Source of the DNA: a virus
Virus record (IMG/VR): IMGVR_UViG_3300050821_024084
Coordinates: 1-64,000 of that record
Direction: 5' to 3' (one strand)
DNA length: 64,000 nucleotides
The translations under genes were made by a program, and so were the position numbers. The notes under the pieces are model-generated. The model saw nothing but the letters and a program-made list of their open reading frames with translations. It made no database searches and had not been told where the DNA came from. Shown here piece after piece: positions 8,469-17,588 of this stretch (the first letter of the stretch is position 1; the number at the start of each line of letters is the position of its first letter).

Positions 8469-8505
8469 GGCCGGGGAGCAGCATCTCTCCGGCCTTCCTC
8501 CTTTT
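8469..8505 (+). terminator. Intrinsic terminator
   Basis: GGCCGGGGAG-CAGCAT-CTCTCCGGCC followed by a pyrimidine/T run. Confidence 0.55.
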
Positions 8506-8556
8506 ACTCTAGCTCATACCAGGGCCGCAAGTCAACGGGGGGTGTACACTGAGCTC

Positions 8557-9588
8557 ATGGAAGACGAGGAAGAGAAGGACGTCTGCCCCGAGTGCGGCGG
8601 TGAGGTCCGCCTGGTGTTCGTCGGCAAGGACGGCCGGGGCCTGCTGAGCGAGAAGGAGATCGAGCGGCTGCGGGTCAAGGCGGTGGTGGTCTCGCTGGAA
8701 TCGGATCAGGCGGAGCGCTATCTGTCCGGGGATCCGGAGCTGCGGTACGACATCAGGGAGCGCATCCTGAAGTACACCGCGATCCTGCCCGAATCTGAGG
8801 GGGGATGCTGGGTGTGGCAGGCGACTCTGACAACCAGCGAGATCCCCATTATGCGCATCGGGAGAGCCGGAAGGGACATCCGCCGCTGGCTCTGGCTTGA
8901 CGCAGGAGGCCGGATCTGCGATCCGTGGACCATGCTGCGGCCCGTGACGCCGGACCCGGCTCTGCCGCGCTCGTTCAAGGGAACGGTACCCGCCTCGTGC
9001 GGGAAAGGCGGCGGCCGTCGCTGCATACGCCCCCGGCACTGGAAGGCCGAGCCCCGGCATCCGCTGCCGTCCGGCGCGGATCACAAGCCAGGTCGTCCCG
9101 GCGCCGGCCTGCGGGATCCCGACGGGAGCCCGGCGGACATCATCGCCGTGATCGAGATCCGGAATGACCGCTCGTCACATCTGGTAACCTACGACCGGTG
9201 GATACGCGGCGCGATTCACAAGCTGAATTCCGGCGTGACGGAATGCGGCGAGGATGAGTACGGGAATCACGTGTTCGAGCTGGAGCGCGGGATGGTCGTC
9301 TTCCGGAACTCAGAATGGATCAGGAGAACGGGCGAGGCGTCCCGGAAAATTCACGACGAGAAAATGCGGGAATGGAAGAAGATCTTCCCGGGCGACCGGG
9401 AGGAATGGCGGAAGGAAACAGACGGGAATCCGCTGTCGCCTTCGGTTCCTGACATGACGGATGAGCAGCGGATGCGCATGATCGAGCTGCTGATGAGCGA
9501 GATGGGAGGCCGGCCGGAGCAGTCCTGGCTTCCCCGGGAAGCGGACGAGGCGGGTGCGCCTGATATTCCTGACGCATCCCGCCCCTGA
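8557..9588 (+). CDS. Hypothetical protein with degenerate HNH-like segment
   Basis: GGCWVWQA and C..RRCIRPRHW resemble the phage HNH CWxW...CxNPxHL pattern; N-terminal CPECG; TACACT 6 nt before ATG. Confidence 0.55.
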   Translation: MEDEEEKDVCPECGGEVRLVFVGKDGRGLLSEKEIERLRVKAVVVSLESDQAERYLSGDPELRYDIRERILKYTAILPESEGGCWVWQATLTTSEIPIMRIGRAGRDIRRWLWLDAGGRICDPWTMLRPVTPDPALPRSFKGTVPASCGKGGGRRCIRPRHWKAEPRHPLPSGADHKPGRPGAGLRDPDGSPADIIAVIEIRNDRSSHLVTYDRWIRGAIHKLNSGVTECGEDEYGNHVFELERGMVVFRNSEWIRRTGEASRKIHDEKMREWKKIFPGDREEWRKETDGNPLSPSVPDMTDEQRMRMIELLMSEMGGRPEQSWLPREADEAGAPDIPDASRP

Positions 9589-9593
9589 TGATG

Positions 9594-10121
9594 TCACGCG
9601 CTGATGGCCTCGGGCGGGGCGGTGGCAAGCACGTGCTTGCGGGCGTACTCCCGCCCTGCGTGGCGCGCAGCGCGCAGCGTGCGCTCGTCCACGGCACGGG
9701 CGCGGGTAGCTGCCTGGACCGGGGCCGGACGCACAGCCTCCCCGGTCCGGATCTCGCCGGCCACCCCCTGCGCGAATCCCTCGATCGCTGCGCGGGTGGC
9801 CCGCGTGATGTCGTAGGAGTTGGCCGGGGCGGAGCCGGATGCCTGCGCCTGCTTCTGCTCCTTGCGGATCTCGCTGCGACGGCGGGCGGCGAAGTCCTCG
9901 GCTGCCTTGCTGACCTGCTCCCACAGCTCCTCCAGACGGGTGAAGCCGGCATCGGCAGAGACAGTGATCTCGACGGTGACAGGCTGGCCCGAGGTGGAGC
10001 GCGTGGTGCCCTGGGTCAGGCGGGCTTCGGCTCCCAGCGCCGTAGCGAGGGTGTGGTAGGCGTAGGCTCTCGCGACGCCGTGACCTCCGGCAGCGTCGAG
10101 TTCCTTCTGGTGAACGGACAT
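9594..10121 (-). CDS. Hypothetical protein, apparent paralog of 31125-31994
   Basis: 175 aa, RBS GGAG, upstream TATACT. Confidence 0.7.
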   Translation of the reverse strand: MSVHQKELDAAGGHGVARAYAYHTLATALGAEARLTQGTTRSTSGQPVTVEITVSADAGFTRLEELWEQVSKAAEDFAARRRSEIRKEQKQAQASGSAPANSYDITRATRAAIEGFAQGVAGEIRTGEAVRPAPVQAATRARAVDERTLRAARHAGREYARKHVLATAPPEAISA

Positions 10122-10215
10122 CGTGAGTTACTCCTTTGGGGGTGCGGTTATGGTGCCTTGCAATTACAGTATACCCTGTCCCGCACAGTGGTAAACAGCC
10201 TGAGGAAGGAACCGC

Positions 10216-10542
10216 GTGACCCCGCTTGTCATTGCCCTGACCATTACCGGATTTCTCCTGGTAATGGGGCTCGTGTTCTTTGTCCTGTGCAGCAGGAAAG
10301 TGTGGCTCGGGGTGACGCCCTATGAGCTGAGAAAAGTGCGGTGCCGCCATTGCTCCGGCGGTATCCAGGCGCTCCTGACCCGGGAGGACGGCGAGCTGGC
10401 CTGGGGGAAGATCCCGCCGTTCCTGCTCCAGCTGGTGCGAGACGGGGGGGATGACATCCATCGCCCCCCGCTCGCTAACATCCGCAAGTGCTCGAACTGC
10501 GCGGGGATGGGCAGCACGCTCCACCCGAAGGACGGGAGCTAG
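10216..10542 (+). CDS. Membrane-anchored zinc-finger protein
   Basis: N-terminal TM helix; CRHCSGG and CSNCAGMG (DnaJ-like CxxCxGxG). Confidence 0.6.
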   Translation: MTPLVIALTITGFLLVMGLVFFVLCSRKVWLGVTPYELRKVRCRHCSGGIQALLTREDGELAWGKIPPFLLQLVRDGGDDIHRPPLANIRKCSNCAGMGSTLHPKDGS

Positions 10543-11126
10543 AGCGCCTGCGCGGCAGCCTCGATGAAGGCGACGGAACTCTCCGGGAAAAGCGCAGCCT
10601 CCGCCGTGGACTCGAATCGCGTCTCCATTCCCGCGATGCGATGCGGATCCGTGATGAAGAACGGCGGCATGGGATCCATGCCGCCCACGTCGCAGTACAC
10701 TCCGGTGGTGCCGTCCTCGCGCGTGAAAATGCAGATGGTGTCGTTTATTGCCTGGACACCTGCGCGGAACGGGAGAACGCGGATTTCCGTCTCCGGGCGC
10801 TCGGCGCAGTACGTCAGGTGCTCCAGCTGACGCCTGAGAACAGGGATACTGCCGGGACTCCGGCGCAGCACAGCCTCATCCAGGATGTAGAGCGACCGCA
10901 TCTTCGGCATCCGCGCTGCTTGCACGACCTGACGCTCCAGGCGCTTGTCTACGGCTTGCCGCATGAGAGCTTCCTCCTCAGGGAGGGTGGAAGCTGTGAC
11001 TGTCTCAGCGTACTCCCTGGTCTGGAGCAGGCCCGGCACTATTCTCTCGGCGTATACGCGTATTGCTGACAGGCTGGCTTCCATGCCCGCATAGGCGAGA
11101 TAGATCGTGTCCAGCTCTTTGCCCAT
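10539..11126 (-). CDS. Stand-alone DUF5753 domain protein (actinobacterial XRE-associated sensor domain, no HTH)
   Basis: EASLSAIRVY..IVPGLLQTREYA, ILDEAVLRR, RRQLEHL, IRVLPF, ALFPESSVAFI. Confidence 0.85.
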   Translation of the reverse strand: MGKELDTIYLAYAGMEASLSAIRVYAERIVPGLLQTREYAETVTASTLPEEEALMRQAVDKRLERQVVQAARMPKMRSLYILDEAVLRRSPGSIPVLRRQLEHLTYCAERPETEIRVLPFRAGVQAINDTICIFTREDGTTGVYCDVGGMDPMPPFFITDPHRIAGMETRFESTAEAALFPESSVAFIEAAAQAL

Positions 11127-11140
11127 TCCGGTGCTTCTCC

Positions 11141-11731
11141 TTACTTCTTCAGCGTGAGGGTGATCGTGCCCGTCACCCACGCCCTGGCGGTGGCGACCGA
11201 CGGGTTTGCGTTCTGCGACATGTTGCAGGTCCCGTCCTTCAGCTTCGGCATCTTGCCGGAGAAGCCCACGTCAACCTGGGCGGTCCCCGTCGCCCCGGCG
11301 AACCTGCCGGTGCTCTTCGCGCCGTCGATCCTCGCGTTCACGATGGTTGTGTCCGCGATGTCACAAGCGCTCTTCGCCCCGATGTAGGTCAGCCTGCCGT
11401 TCTCCGGGACGGAGGTCACTGTCAGCTCCAGCGTGCCGTTCCTGGTCGGGAATGCGTGCATCTGACCGGGTTCCGGGCCGCTGCCGCCCGGTGTGAACGA
11501 TCCTGCCGTGTCCACGGGACCGGCGTAGCGCAGCACGAACGCGGGAGGATCGACGAGAGCGGCCTTGCCGGCGACGTCCCCCGTGAAGATCTCCGTGGAG
11601 GAGGTGGTCGCCGGGGCGGTGTGAGACGGGCGGGCAGGCGTGACCTTCGCGGGTGACGATGCGGAGCTGCATGCAGCGGTGAGAGCGGCTGCGGCGATCA
11701 CGACGGACGTGCTGATGATGATGGTTTTCAT
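11141..11731 (-). CDS. Lipoprotein
   Basis: Signal peptide with lipobox LTAAC, followed by an S/T/P linker. Confidence 0.7.
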   Translation of the reverse strand: MKTIIISTSVVIAAAALTAACSSASSPAKVTPARPSHTAPATTSSTEIFTGDVAGKAALVDPPAFVLRYAGPVDTAGSFTPGGSGPEPGQMHAFPTRNGTLELTVTSVPENGRLTYIGAKSACDIADTTIVNARIDGAKSTGRFAGATGTAQVDVGFSGKMPKLKDGTCNMSQNANPSVATARAWVTGTITLTLKK

Positions 11732-11788
11732 GTGCGGGTGTGTCTCCTTGAATGATGTGAGAAATACGTGCCGGCCAGCGAGGGGAAT

Positions 11789-12205
11789 CTATTCACCGCT
11801 GGCGTCCATGAGTTCGTCCTCGTCGGCGTCCGGGTGATCTTTGAGATATTTCAGAGCCCGGATGGCACCTTCGGTGGTGTCTATCACATAAAACAGCGTG
11901 TCGGCCTGCTCGTCCGTGATCTCCAGCGCGTCGCGCGCCCAGTACGGGATGAATCCCCGGGTGCCGTCCGGGAGACGGATATTGTACCTGACGTCAATCA
12001 CAGACCCCGCTGGCAGCGAGAACAGAGCCGTCCAGCCGGCGATGCAGGCTGTCGTGCCGCACTCCGGTTCCCGGGCTATCTCGGGGATGAGCTCTCCCGC
12101 GCTGCTGAAGGAGCTGAACCCCCCGTCAATCCAGAGATCCTGATCATGCTGATCCGGCCTGAGGAGAAGAACGTCCAGGATCTTGTCCGTGAGCGTGATG
12201 TTCAT
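11789..12205 (-). CDS. Phage hypothetical protein (CGTTACIAGW motif family)
   Basis: HDQDLW...CGTTACIAGW...ARDALEIT..QADTLF. Confidence 0.7.
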   Translation of the reverse strand: MNITLTDKILDVLLLRPDQHDQDLWIDGGFSSFSSAGELIPEIAREPECGTTACIAGWTALFSLPAGSVIDVRYNIRLPDGTRGFIPYWARDALEITDEQADTLFYVIDTTEGAIRALKYLKDHPDADEDELMDASGE

Positions 12206-12221
12206 GCTGGTTTCCTTCCTG

Positions 12222-12473
12222 TCAGCGGAAGCTTCCGGTCATTGAGTCCAGGCTGCGGAGCCGGGCGCGGCGTGCGTGCGCGGTGTGCGGCACGGGGCGG
12301 GGCTGCGGCTGGCGAGCCGCCTGCGGGTCCTGGTAGCCTCGCCGGCCGGCGTTGCGTATAACCCCGTAGGCGTACATGCGCGTTCCCAGGCGGGCGGTCC
12401 CCCCGACAGCGCGCCCGGCCATCCGGGCCTCGCCGCCGACGATGAGCTTGTCCCATCCGAGTTTCGTGAACAT
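12222..12473 (-). CDS. Small basic hypothetical protein
   Basis: RBS GGAGGAG; 83 aa. Confidence 0.5.
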   Translation of the reverse strand: MFTKLGWDKLIVGGEARMAGRAVGGTARLGTRMYAYGVIRNAGRRGYQDPQAARQPQPRPVPHTAHARRARLRSLDSMTGSFR

Positions 12474-12721
12474 CAGGCTCCTCCTCCGTCACGTGGCGTG
12501 ATCGCTTTTGCTTCTCGGGCGGCTGCTTCTGCGAGGCAGGCCGCGTAGCCCTCGCCATACGCTTCCAGGCGGAACCGGCTCTCCAGACGCACATTCAGCT
12601 CCATGAGGACGTTCTCCAGCGCCTCGCGCCCGTTGTCCCGGACGAGGACGGCGCTGCCCTGCCGTTCCCGGAGGACGTCCTCGATCTTGCGCATGCTCCG
12701 GCGGATCTCATACAGGTCCAT
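12473..12721 (-). CDS. Small hypothetical protein
   Basis: ATG 12721 (MDLYEIRR) after GGAGGAAG. Confidence 0.55.
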   Translation of the reverse strand: MDLYEIRRSMRKIEDVLRERQGSAVLVRDNGREALENVLMELNVRLESRFRLEAYGEGYAACLAEAAAREAKAITPRDGGGA

Positions 12722-12806
12722 GTCTCTTCCTCCCTGCACGGCGCTGCGTAAACGCGCACCGTGCCCTAAGTATACCTTAAGGCACGGTGCTACGTAAACA
12801 GCTAGA

Positions 12807-13298
12807 CTAGGCATAGATGTCCTGAGCGGCCCGGACCGACTGGTCGCAGTCCAGCTGATGCGGCAGCCGGTTCTCCGTGTCGGGCCACAGCACCTGAAGG
12901 CGCGGGACCGGCTCCTCGTACCAGGCGTCCGAGATGCCGAACGGGATTGCTGCGTAGGCGAGGTGCACTTTCTGGAACAGCACCTCGTAGCTATCCGGGA
13001 GCAGCCCCGCCACGCGCTCACCGTCGTGGTAGTGACGACGGTAGTCGCTGATCTGCTCCACGGCCCGGGAGAGGATGTGATGCCCGCCCTCCGGCGGCAG
13101 CCCGACGATCACCAGCTCCGGATGCTTCCAGCTCTTGTGCAGCCCGATGGTGTACGCGAACTGCGGTGATCCGGTTCCCGGGTCGTCGAAGACCCCGACG
13201 CAGTGCCAGCCGTAGCGGCGGACTGATTCTGACACGCCGTGCAGGATCACCTCCTGAGACGGGTGCGTGCAGCGGTCATCATGGGCGTGCGCGGTCAT
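12807..13298 (-). CDS. DUF4262 domain protein
   Basis: VRRYGWHCVGV..FAYTIGL..HPELVIVGLP..LQVLWPDTENRLP. Confidence 0.85.
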   Translation of the reverse strand: MTAHAHDDRCTHPSQEVILHGVSESVRRYGWHCVGVFDDPGTGSPQFAYTIGLHKSWKHPELVIVGLPPEGGHHILSRAVEQISDYRRHYHDGERVAGLLPDSYEVLFQKVHLAYAAIPFGISDAWYEEPVPRLQVLWPDTENRLPHQLDCDQSVRAAQDIYA

Positions 13299-14422
13299 GA
13301 AAAGGTCCTTTCAGGCTGCGGGAGCGCGATTCCTGCTCCCTTCAGGCGCATGCGGATATGCCGGATCAGCACCATCAGGTCGTCACAGTAGACGGACACA
13401 TGATCATAACCGTGCCCGTCGCTTTTCCAGCGATTCGGGTAGTACCCCCCGCCGCATTCATAGAACAGCGGGCACATCCGGCATTCTGCGCAGGGGCCGG
13501 GCGGGGTGAACAGCGGGTGCGCCAGGATCTCGTCAACCGAGTGCGTGCGGATGTTCATCCCGGTGGAGAACACTTCTGTCCCGCCTATGACCCGGAGCGC
13601 GTCCAGGCCCTCGGCGGAGCCGTCCGGCTGGATCACGACAGATTTCTCGTCCGGGGGACGTCCGATGAAGCCAGCTCGGACATCGCGGCCGAGTATCCGT
13701 GACATGAGGATGTGAAACAGCCGGATGTCGGGAGCGCCTTTGTCCAGATACCACGCGTCGAACACCCGTGCGAGCCACTCCCCGGTCCCGGGCTGCGGCG
13801 GATTGTCCCAGGTCGCCAGCGGGAACAGGAAGTCCATGTGCGCGGGTTCCTCGGCACGCAGCGCCCGGTAGACGGTTTCCGGGTCGTTCGAGGGGTCGAT
13901 CACTGCAAGGAGGCCGCCGTACATGTGGCGGAACTCGGGGCGGCGCAGCAGCTCCAGGCCCCGGCGTGTCTCGGCAGCCGACTCGCGCAGGGCCGGGAAC
14001 AGGCGCTTGCGATTTGCCGCGTCGTCACCGTCAATGCTGACCCCGAAGCCCAGCGGGTAGCGGGAGAACTGCCGGAGAAGGTCTTCCGTGAGCAGCGTGG
14101 CGTTGGTCTGCATGCCGTACGTGACCGTGCATCCGGGCGGTACGGCGGAGCGGATCGCGGTCATGACCTCGGTGATCCGCTCCGCCCCCGCCAGGAGCGG
14201 CTCTCCCCCGTGCAGCAGGATGCTCATCCGGTCCAGATCGTGTGTCCGGACGTGCTCAGCTATCTCATGTGCAGCTGCCGCCAGGGTCCCGGGCTCAGTG
14301 AAGAGCGGCTGCCGTCGCCAGGCTTCCTGCTCTTCCAGCTCGTACATGTAGCAGTACGTGCATCTCAGATTACAGCGTGCGGCAAGCTTGAGTATGACCT
14401 CAGCAGCGCGGGGGGGACTCAT
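13295..14422 (-). CDS. fxsB: FxsB-family radical SAM/SPASM peptide maturase (cyclophane-forming)
   Basis: ILKLAARCNLRCTYCYMYE, LLHGGEPLLAG, QTNATLL, GVSIDG, DFLFPLATWDNPP, SPASM CAECRMCPLFYECGGGYYPNRW...SVYCDDL. Confidence 0.88.
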   Translation of the reverse strand: MSPPRAAEVILKLAARCNLRCTYCYMYELEEQEAWRRQPLFTEPGTLAAAAHEIAEHVRTHDLDRMSILLHGGEPLLAGAERITEVMTAIRSAVPPGCTVTYGMQTNATLLTEDLLRQFSRYPLGFGVSIDGDDAANRKRLFPALRESAAETRRGLELLRRPEFRHMYGGLLAVIDPSNDPETVYRALRAEEPAHMDFLFPLATWDNPPQPGTGEWLARVFDAWYLDKGAPDIRLFHILMSRILGRDVRAGFIGRPPDEKSVVIQPDGSAEGLDALRVIGGTEVFSTGMNIRTHSVDEILAHPLFTPPGPCAECRMCPLFYECGGGYYPNRWKSDGHGYDHVSVYCDDLMVLIRHIRMRLKGAGIALPQPERTFS

Positions 14423-14462
14423 GAGAGCAGATCCTTCCGGTGGCCAGAGGAGTAAGGGGAGC

Positions 14463-14696
14463 TCAGCCGGGCAGGGCGGCTGAGAACGTATACGTACCGT
14501 TCCCGCAGGTCATGGGCTCGACGTCTGCGTCGAGGATGCGCTCCAGGGGTGTCTTCCCGGAGCTGAGCGTGTTCAGCGGGTAGATATCGCTGGAGACGAA
14601 GGAGTTCGTGCTCATCTTCCCGGCACGTGCCGTGGCGCGCTCCCCGGGTGCAGCCGAGTTGAAGGTGTAGGCGGACAAGGAGGTGTTGATGCTCAT
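14463..14696 (-). CDS. fxsA: FxsA-like (FxSxx-COOH) RiPP precursor peptide, 77 aa
   Basis: Leader-like TPLERIL, C-terminal YTFSAALPG, plus N-terminal YTFNSAAPG; immediately upstream of fxsB; RBS GGGAGGG. Confidence 0.75.
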   Translation of the reverse strand: MSINTSLSAYTFNSAAPGERATARAGKMSTNSFVSSDIYPLNTLSSGKTPLERILDADVEPMTCGNGTYTFSAALPG

Positions 14697-14770
14697 GGTG
14701 CCCTCCCGGGGCTTGACAGGTGATCTGCGGACTGCTAGCATCATCCTGAGGGGTTTGGCTGCGGTGGTGA

Positions 14771-14802
14771 AGCGGGGCGGCGCGATGAGAGCCGCCCCGC
14801 TT
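14771..14802. terminator. GC-rich hairpin upstream of the RiPP operon
   Basis: AGCGGGGCGG...CCGCCCCGCT. Confidence 0.5.
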
Positions 14803-14824
14803 CTGTCAGTGTAGCCGGTCCGGC

Positions 14825-15193
14825 TCAGACGACCAGCGCCTGGTCCTCGCGGCGGCGGGTGATGTAGTCCTGCCAGGCTTCCGTAAGAGCACGGAAGGCC
14901 AGGACCTGATTCGGGAACGAGCGCCCGATCTCGTCTTTAAAGACGAGGGAGATGTCACCACCCCAGAAGGTGGTGAAGCCCAGATCACGGGCGTCGAACC
15001 GATCCAGCCCGAGCACGGCCCGGCCCCAGTCATAGTCCTCGTACAGCTGGCCGAGCACGCAGTTGCTCGCGCTGTCGATGCTGAGCGTGCCCGGGTCCAC
15101 CTCGTCCATCCAGGCCGGACGGGTCTCGTTCAGGAGCGCGGCTCCGGCCTCGACGCGGGCGGCGTACGGGCTGGGGGGTGCGGCAGTAGTCAT
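14825..15193 (-). CDS. Phage hypothetical protein
   Basis: ARVEAGAALL..PAW..LSIDSASNCVLGQLY; RBS GAAAGAAGGA. Confidence 0.65.
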   Translation of the reverse strand: MTTAAPPSPYAARVEAGAALLNETRPAWMDEVDPGTLSIDSASNCVLGQLYEDYDWGRAVLGLDRFDARDLGFTTFWGGDISLVFKDEIGRSFPNQVLAFRALTEAWQDYITRRREDQALVV

Positions 15194-15659
15194 GAATCCT
15201 TCTTTCCTTCCGGTGGGACAGCGGGCTCCAGCCCGCGCGGGACGCGTGCCCGGAGAGAGGCCGCCGGTGAACGGATCCGGGCACGCGCCCGGACGGGCTG
15301 GGATCCCGTGCTGTTTACAGTATAGCAGGGACAGGCGTCGGGAGCGGGGGGTTCCGGTTTCTTCGGGGGGAAGGAGCGTGCTGACGGCAGCACGGACGAT
15401 CTCCGCCAGCTGGCCGCTGAAGTACCCGCAGTTCCCGAAGCATTCTGCGAGGGCTGTGATCAGCGCATCTTCGTTTTCGGTATAGCCGCTCATGTCCAGA
15501 CCTGAGGCGCTTTCCTCCTCGATATAGCGCTGTGCGCTCTCGAACTTCCAGTTGCGGAGCCGGCTCTCGACACGATCGCTCATAGCCATCGGAGCCGTCC
15601 TCCGTGAGGCCCCAGGCACCACGCGAAGAATATATCCTGGAAGTGCTGTGCGGGGCTCA

Positions 15660-16184
15660 TCACTCCGTCTCCGACATAACTATCATGGCTGCGACAGATG
15701 CTACGATTCCTATGATCCCGATGATCACAAGGGGCAGCCAGATCGCGAGACCGAGGGCGGTGCCTGCCACGGAGCCCTTGCCGGCGGGGATGGAGGCCAT
15801 GACTACCCCCGGCACGATGGCAGCGAGCAGGGAGAAGGTGATCCCCCCGAGCCCGACGGGCAGGAACACCTGCGGCTTGCTCCACGTCACGCGACGCAGC
15901 CGGGCACGTATCCGGGCCTCGGGCGGGGCGTCCGCCGGCACCCCCTCTTCCGCGAGGTCCGCGAGCTGCTTGCGGAGGTCATCCTCCACCTTAGCCACCA
16001 GGATCTTCGCGCGCCGCTGCTCGCCTTCCTCCTCCGTCAGGTAGCCGTGCGCGATGTTGTAGCCGAGCCGGTCGATCGCCTTGTTCCGGTGCTGGTGCCC
16101 GATGCGGCGCTCCGGCTCGATCGCGCGCTGACGCGGGTAGCCCCCGTCTTCGTAGCCGTAGGGGTTGTGGTAGTCCGCTTTCAT
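15660..16184 (-). CDS. DUF1707 (SHOCT-like) membrane protein
   Basis: RIGHQHRNKAIDRL..AHGYLTEEE..R..A...DL...LADL plus two TM helices. Confidence 0.8.
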   Translation of the reverse strand: MKADYHNPYGYEDGGYPRQRAIEPERRIGHQHRNKAIDRLGYNIAHGYLTEEEGEQRRAKILVAKVEDDLRKQLADLAEEGVPADAPPEARIRARLRRVTWSKPQVFLPVGLGGITFSLLAAIVPGVVMASIPAGKGSVAGTALGLAIWLPLVIIGIIGIVASVAAMIVMSETE

Positions 16185-16357
16185 GAGGGTCCTTCCTCGT
16201 GGATGTGATAGTCGTCCGTGGATTCCCCGCACACGCGGCAGGGATGGCTGTGCTCATCTGTGCGATCGCAGTCCGGGCACAGCCCGAAGATCGCACGCAG
16301 GAGACGCGCCCCCGGATCCCCCGGGTCCAGAGGCGGCGTCCATCCTTCTTCCATCTC

Positions 16358-17512
16358 TCAGTTCTCCTCCGCGCTGAACGCGCCCGTCAGCGCGTCGACC
16401 CTGCTGCTGGTGTGCGCGGCGGGGTATGCCCTGGTGAAGTACCGGCACGCCGTGAGCAGCTCGGGCAGGTGGGCGGTGGCCCCCGGTGCAGGGGACCGGG
16501 CTGCGAGGGCTGCGCACGCCAGCAGGGGCGTCCACAGCTGGCGCTGACGGCCGTCCAGTTCAGCGGGCATGATGCCCGGCACGTAGGATTCCGCCAGGTC
16601 CAGCACGATCTCCTGGGCCAGCGGATCCGAGCCGAGGAACTTCATGTGCTCCTGGAGCTGCGGGAGCTGCTCCTTGTCGTGACGGCTGACCGGGGGCGGC
16701 GGCGGGAACACCTTCTCCGTCTCCACCGTGATGCAGCGCTCCAGCAGGTCGTCCAGCTGCTCGCCGCCGGCGGCCTTGAGCAGCACGCTCCGGGCGCACA
16801 GCAGCATCGCGCCGAACACCTCCATCTTCACCTGGGTCATGGACCGCCCGATGCGGCGCACCGCGTCCCGGGTGTACCCGGCAGTGAAGATGGACTGCGC
16901 GTCCACATGCTTGGTCGCCTGCCCGTTCGCGCCGAGGAAGAAGCGGTGCGCCTCGTCGAGGATCACCGTCTTCTGCTCGTTGAGCGCGGCGGCCAGCCCG
17001 TAGATGGTGGGCGACACGTCGATGAAATCCGGGTTGCCGACGAGCGCTAGCCCGAGACGGGCGGCTGCCGACTTGCCGGTGTTCTTGTCCCCGACGAACA
17101 GCCACCGGGGCGTTGCGTCCCAGATCAGCTGACCGGGTTCCGGGGTCTCCGTCTGGCGCTCCCGGAAGTGGGTGTGCATGATCCACGCGGCGTACCCCCG
17201 GACCGCCTCGTCCGGGAGCCGGAGATAGGTGTTCATGCCGTTGCGCATAGCGACCAGGCACTTGTGCATGATCGTGGCGAGTTCCTCGTCCGAGGAGCTG
17301 GGCGACAGCTCAATCACCGGCTGGGTGCTGGCGTAGCCTCGCGGTCCGGCCGGCTCGGCGAGGGTGAGGTTGTCTGGTATAGTGGCTGGGAGCAGGTCCG
17401 CTTGCGGCAGCTTGATGCCCCCCGGGGCGGTGCAGCCGTACCCGTGGAATCGGGAGCGCGGCGGCGCACCGCATGTGCAGGTCCCCGCCGTGGCGAGGGC
17501 TGGTGTGGTCAT
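16358..17512 (-). CDS. P-loop ATPase (DUF3631-associated type)
   Basis: AAWIMHTH, TPRWLFVGDKNTGKS, TVILDEA, AGYTR, RCITV, DGRQRQLWTPLL. Confidence 0.7.
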   Translation of the reverse strand: MTTPALATAGTCTCGAPPRSRFHGYGCTAPGGIKLPQADLLPATIPDNLTLAEPAGPRGYASTQPVIELSPSSSDEELATIMHKCLVAMRNGMNTYLRLPDEAVRGYAAWIMHTHFRERQTETPEPGQLIWDATPRWLFVGDKNTGKSAAARLGLALVGNPDFIDVSPTIYGLAAALNEQKTVILDEAHRFFLGANGQATKHVDAQSIFTAGYTRDAVRRIGRSMTQVKMEVFGAMLLCARSVLLKAAGGEQLDDLLERCITVETEKVFPPPPPVSRHDKEQLPQLQEHMKFLGSDPLAQEIVLDLAESYVPGIMPAELDGRQRQLWTPLLACAALAARSPAPGATAHLPELLTACRYFTRAYPAAHTSSRVDALTGAFSAEEN

Positions 17513-17588
17513 TCCTGAGTGTCCTTCCCTGGGTCTGCGCTGAACGCGCATGCCACGTCAGCGGATGTCCGCTGACGAGCAAACGGGT

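Noticed and set aside
14825-15622. Single 265-aa fused ORF
   Set aside because: A promoter-like TATACT/GCTGTTTAC site and a good RBS lie inside it before ATG 15193. The upstream part is probably a separate gene whose end cannot be defined.
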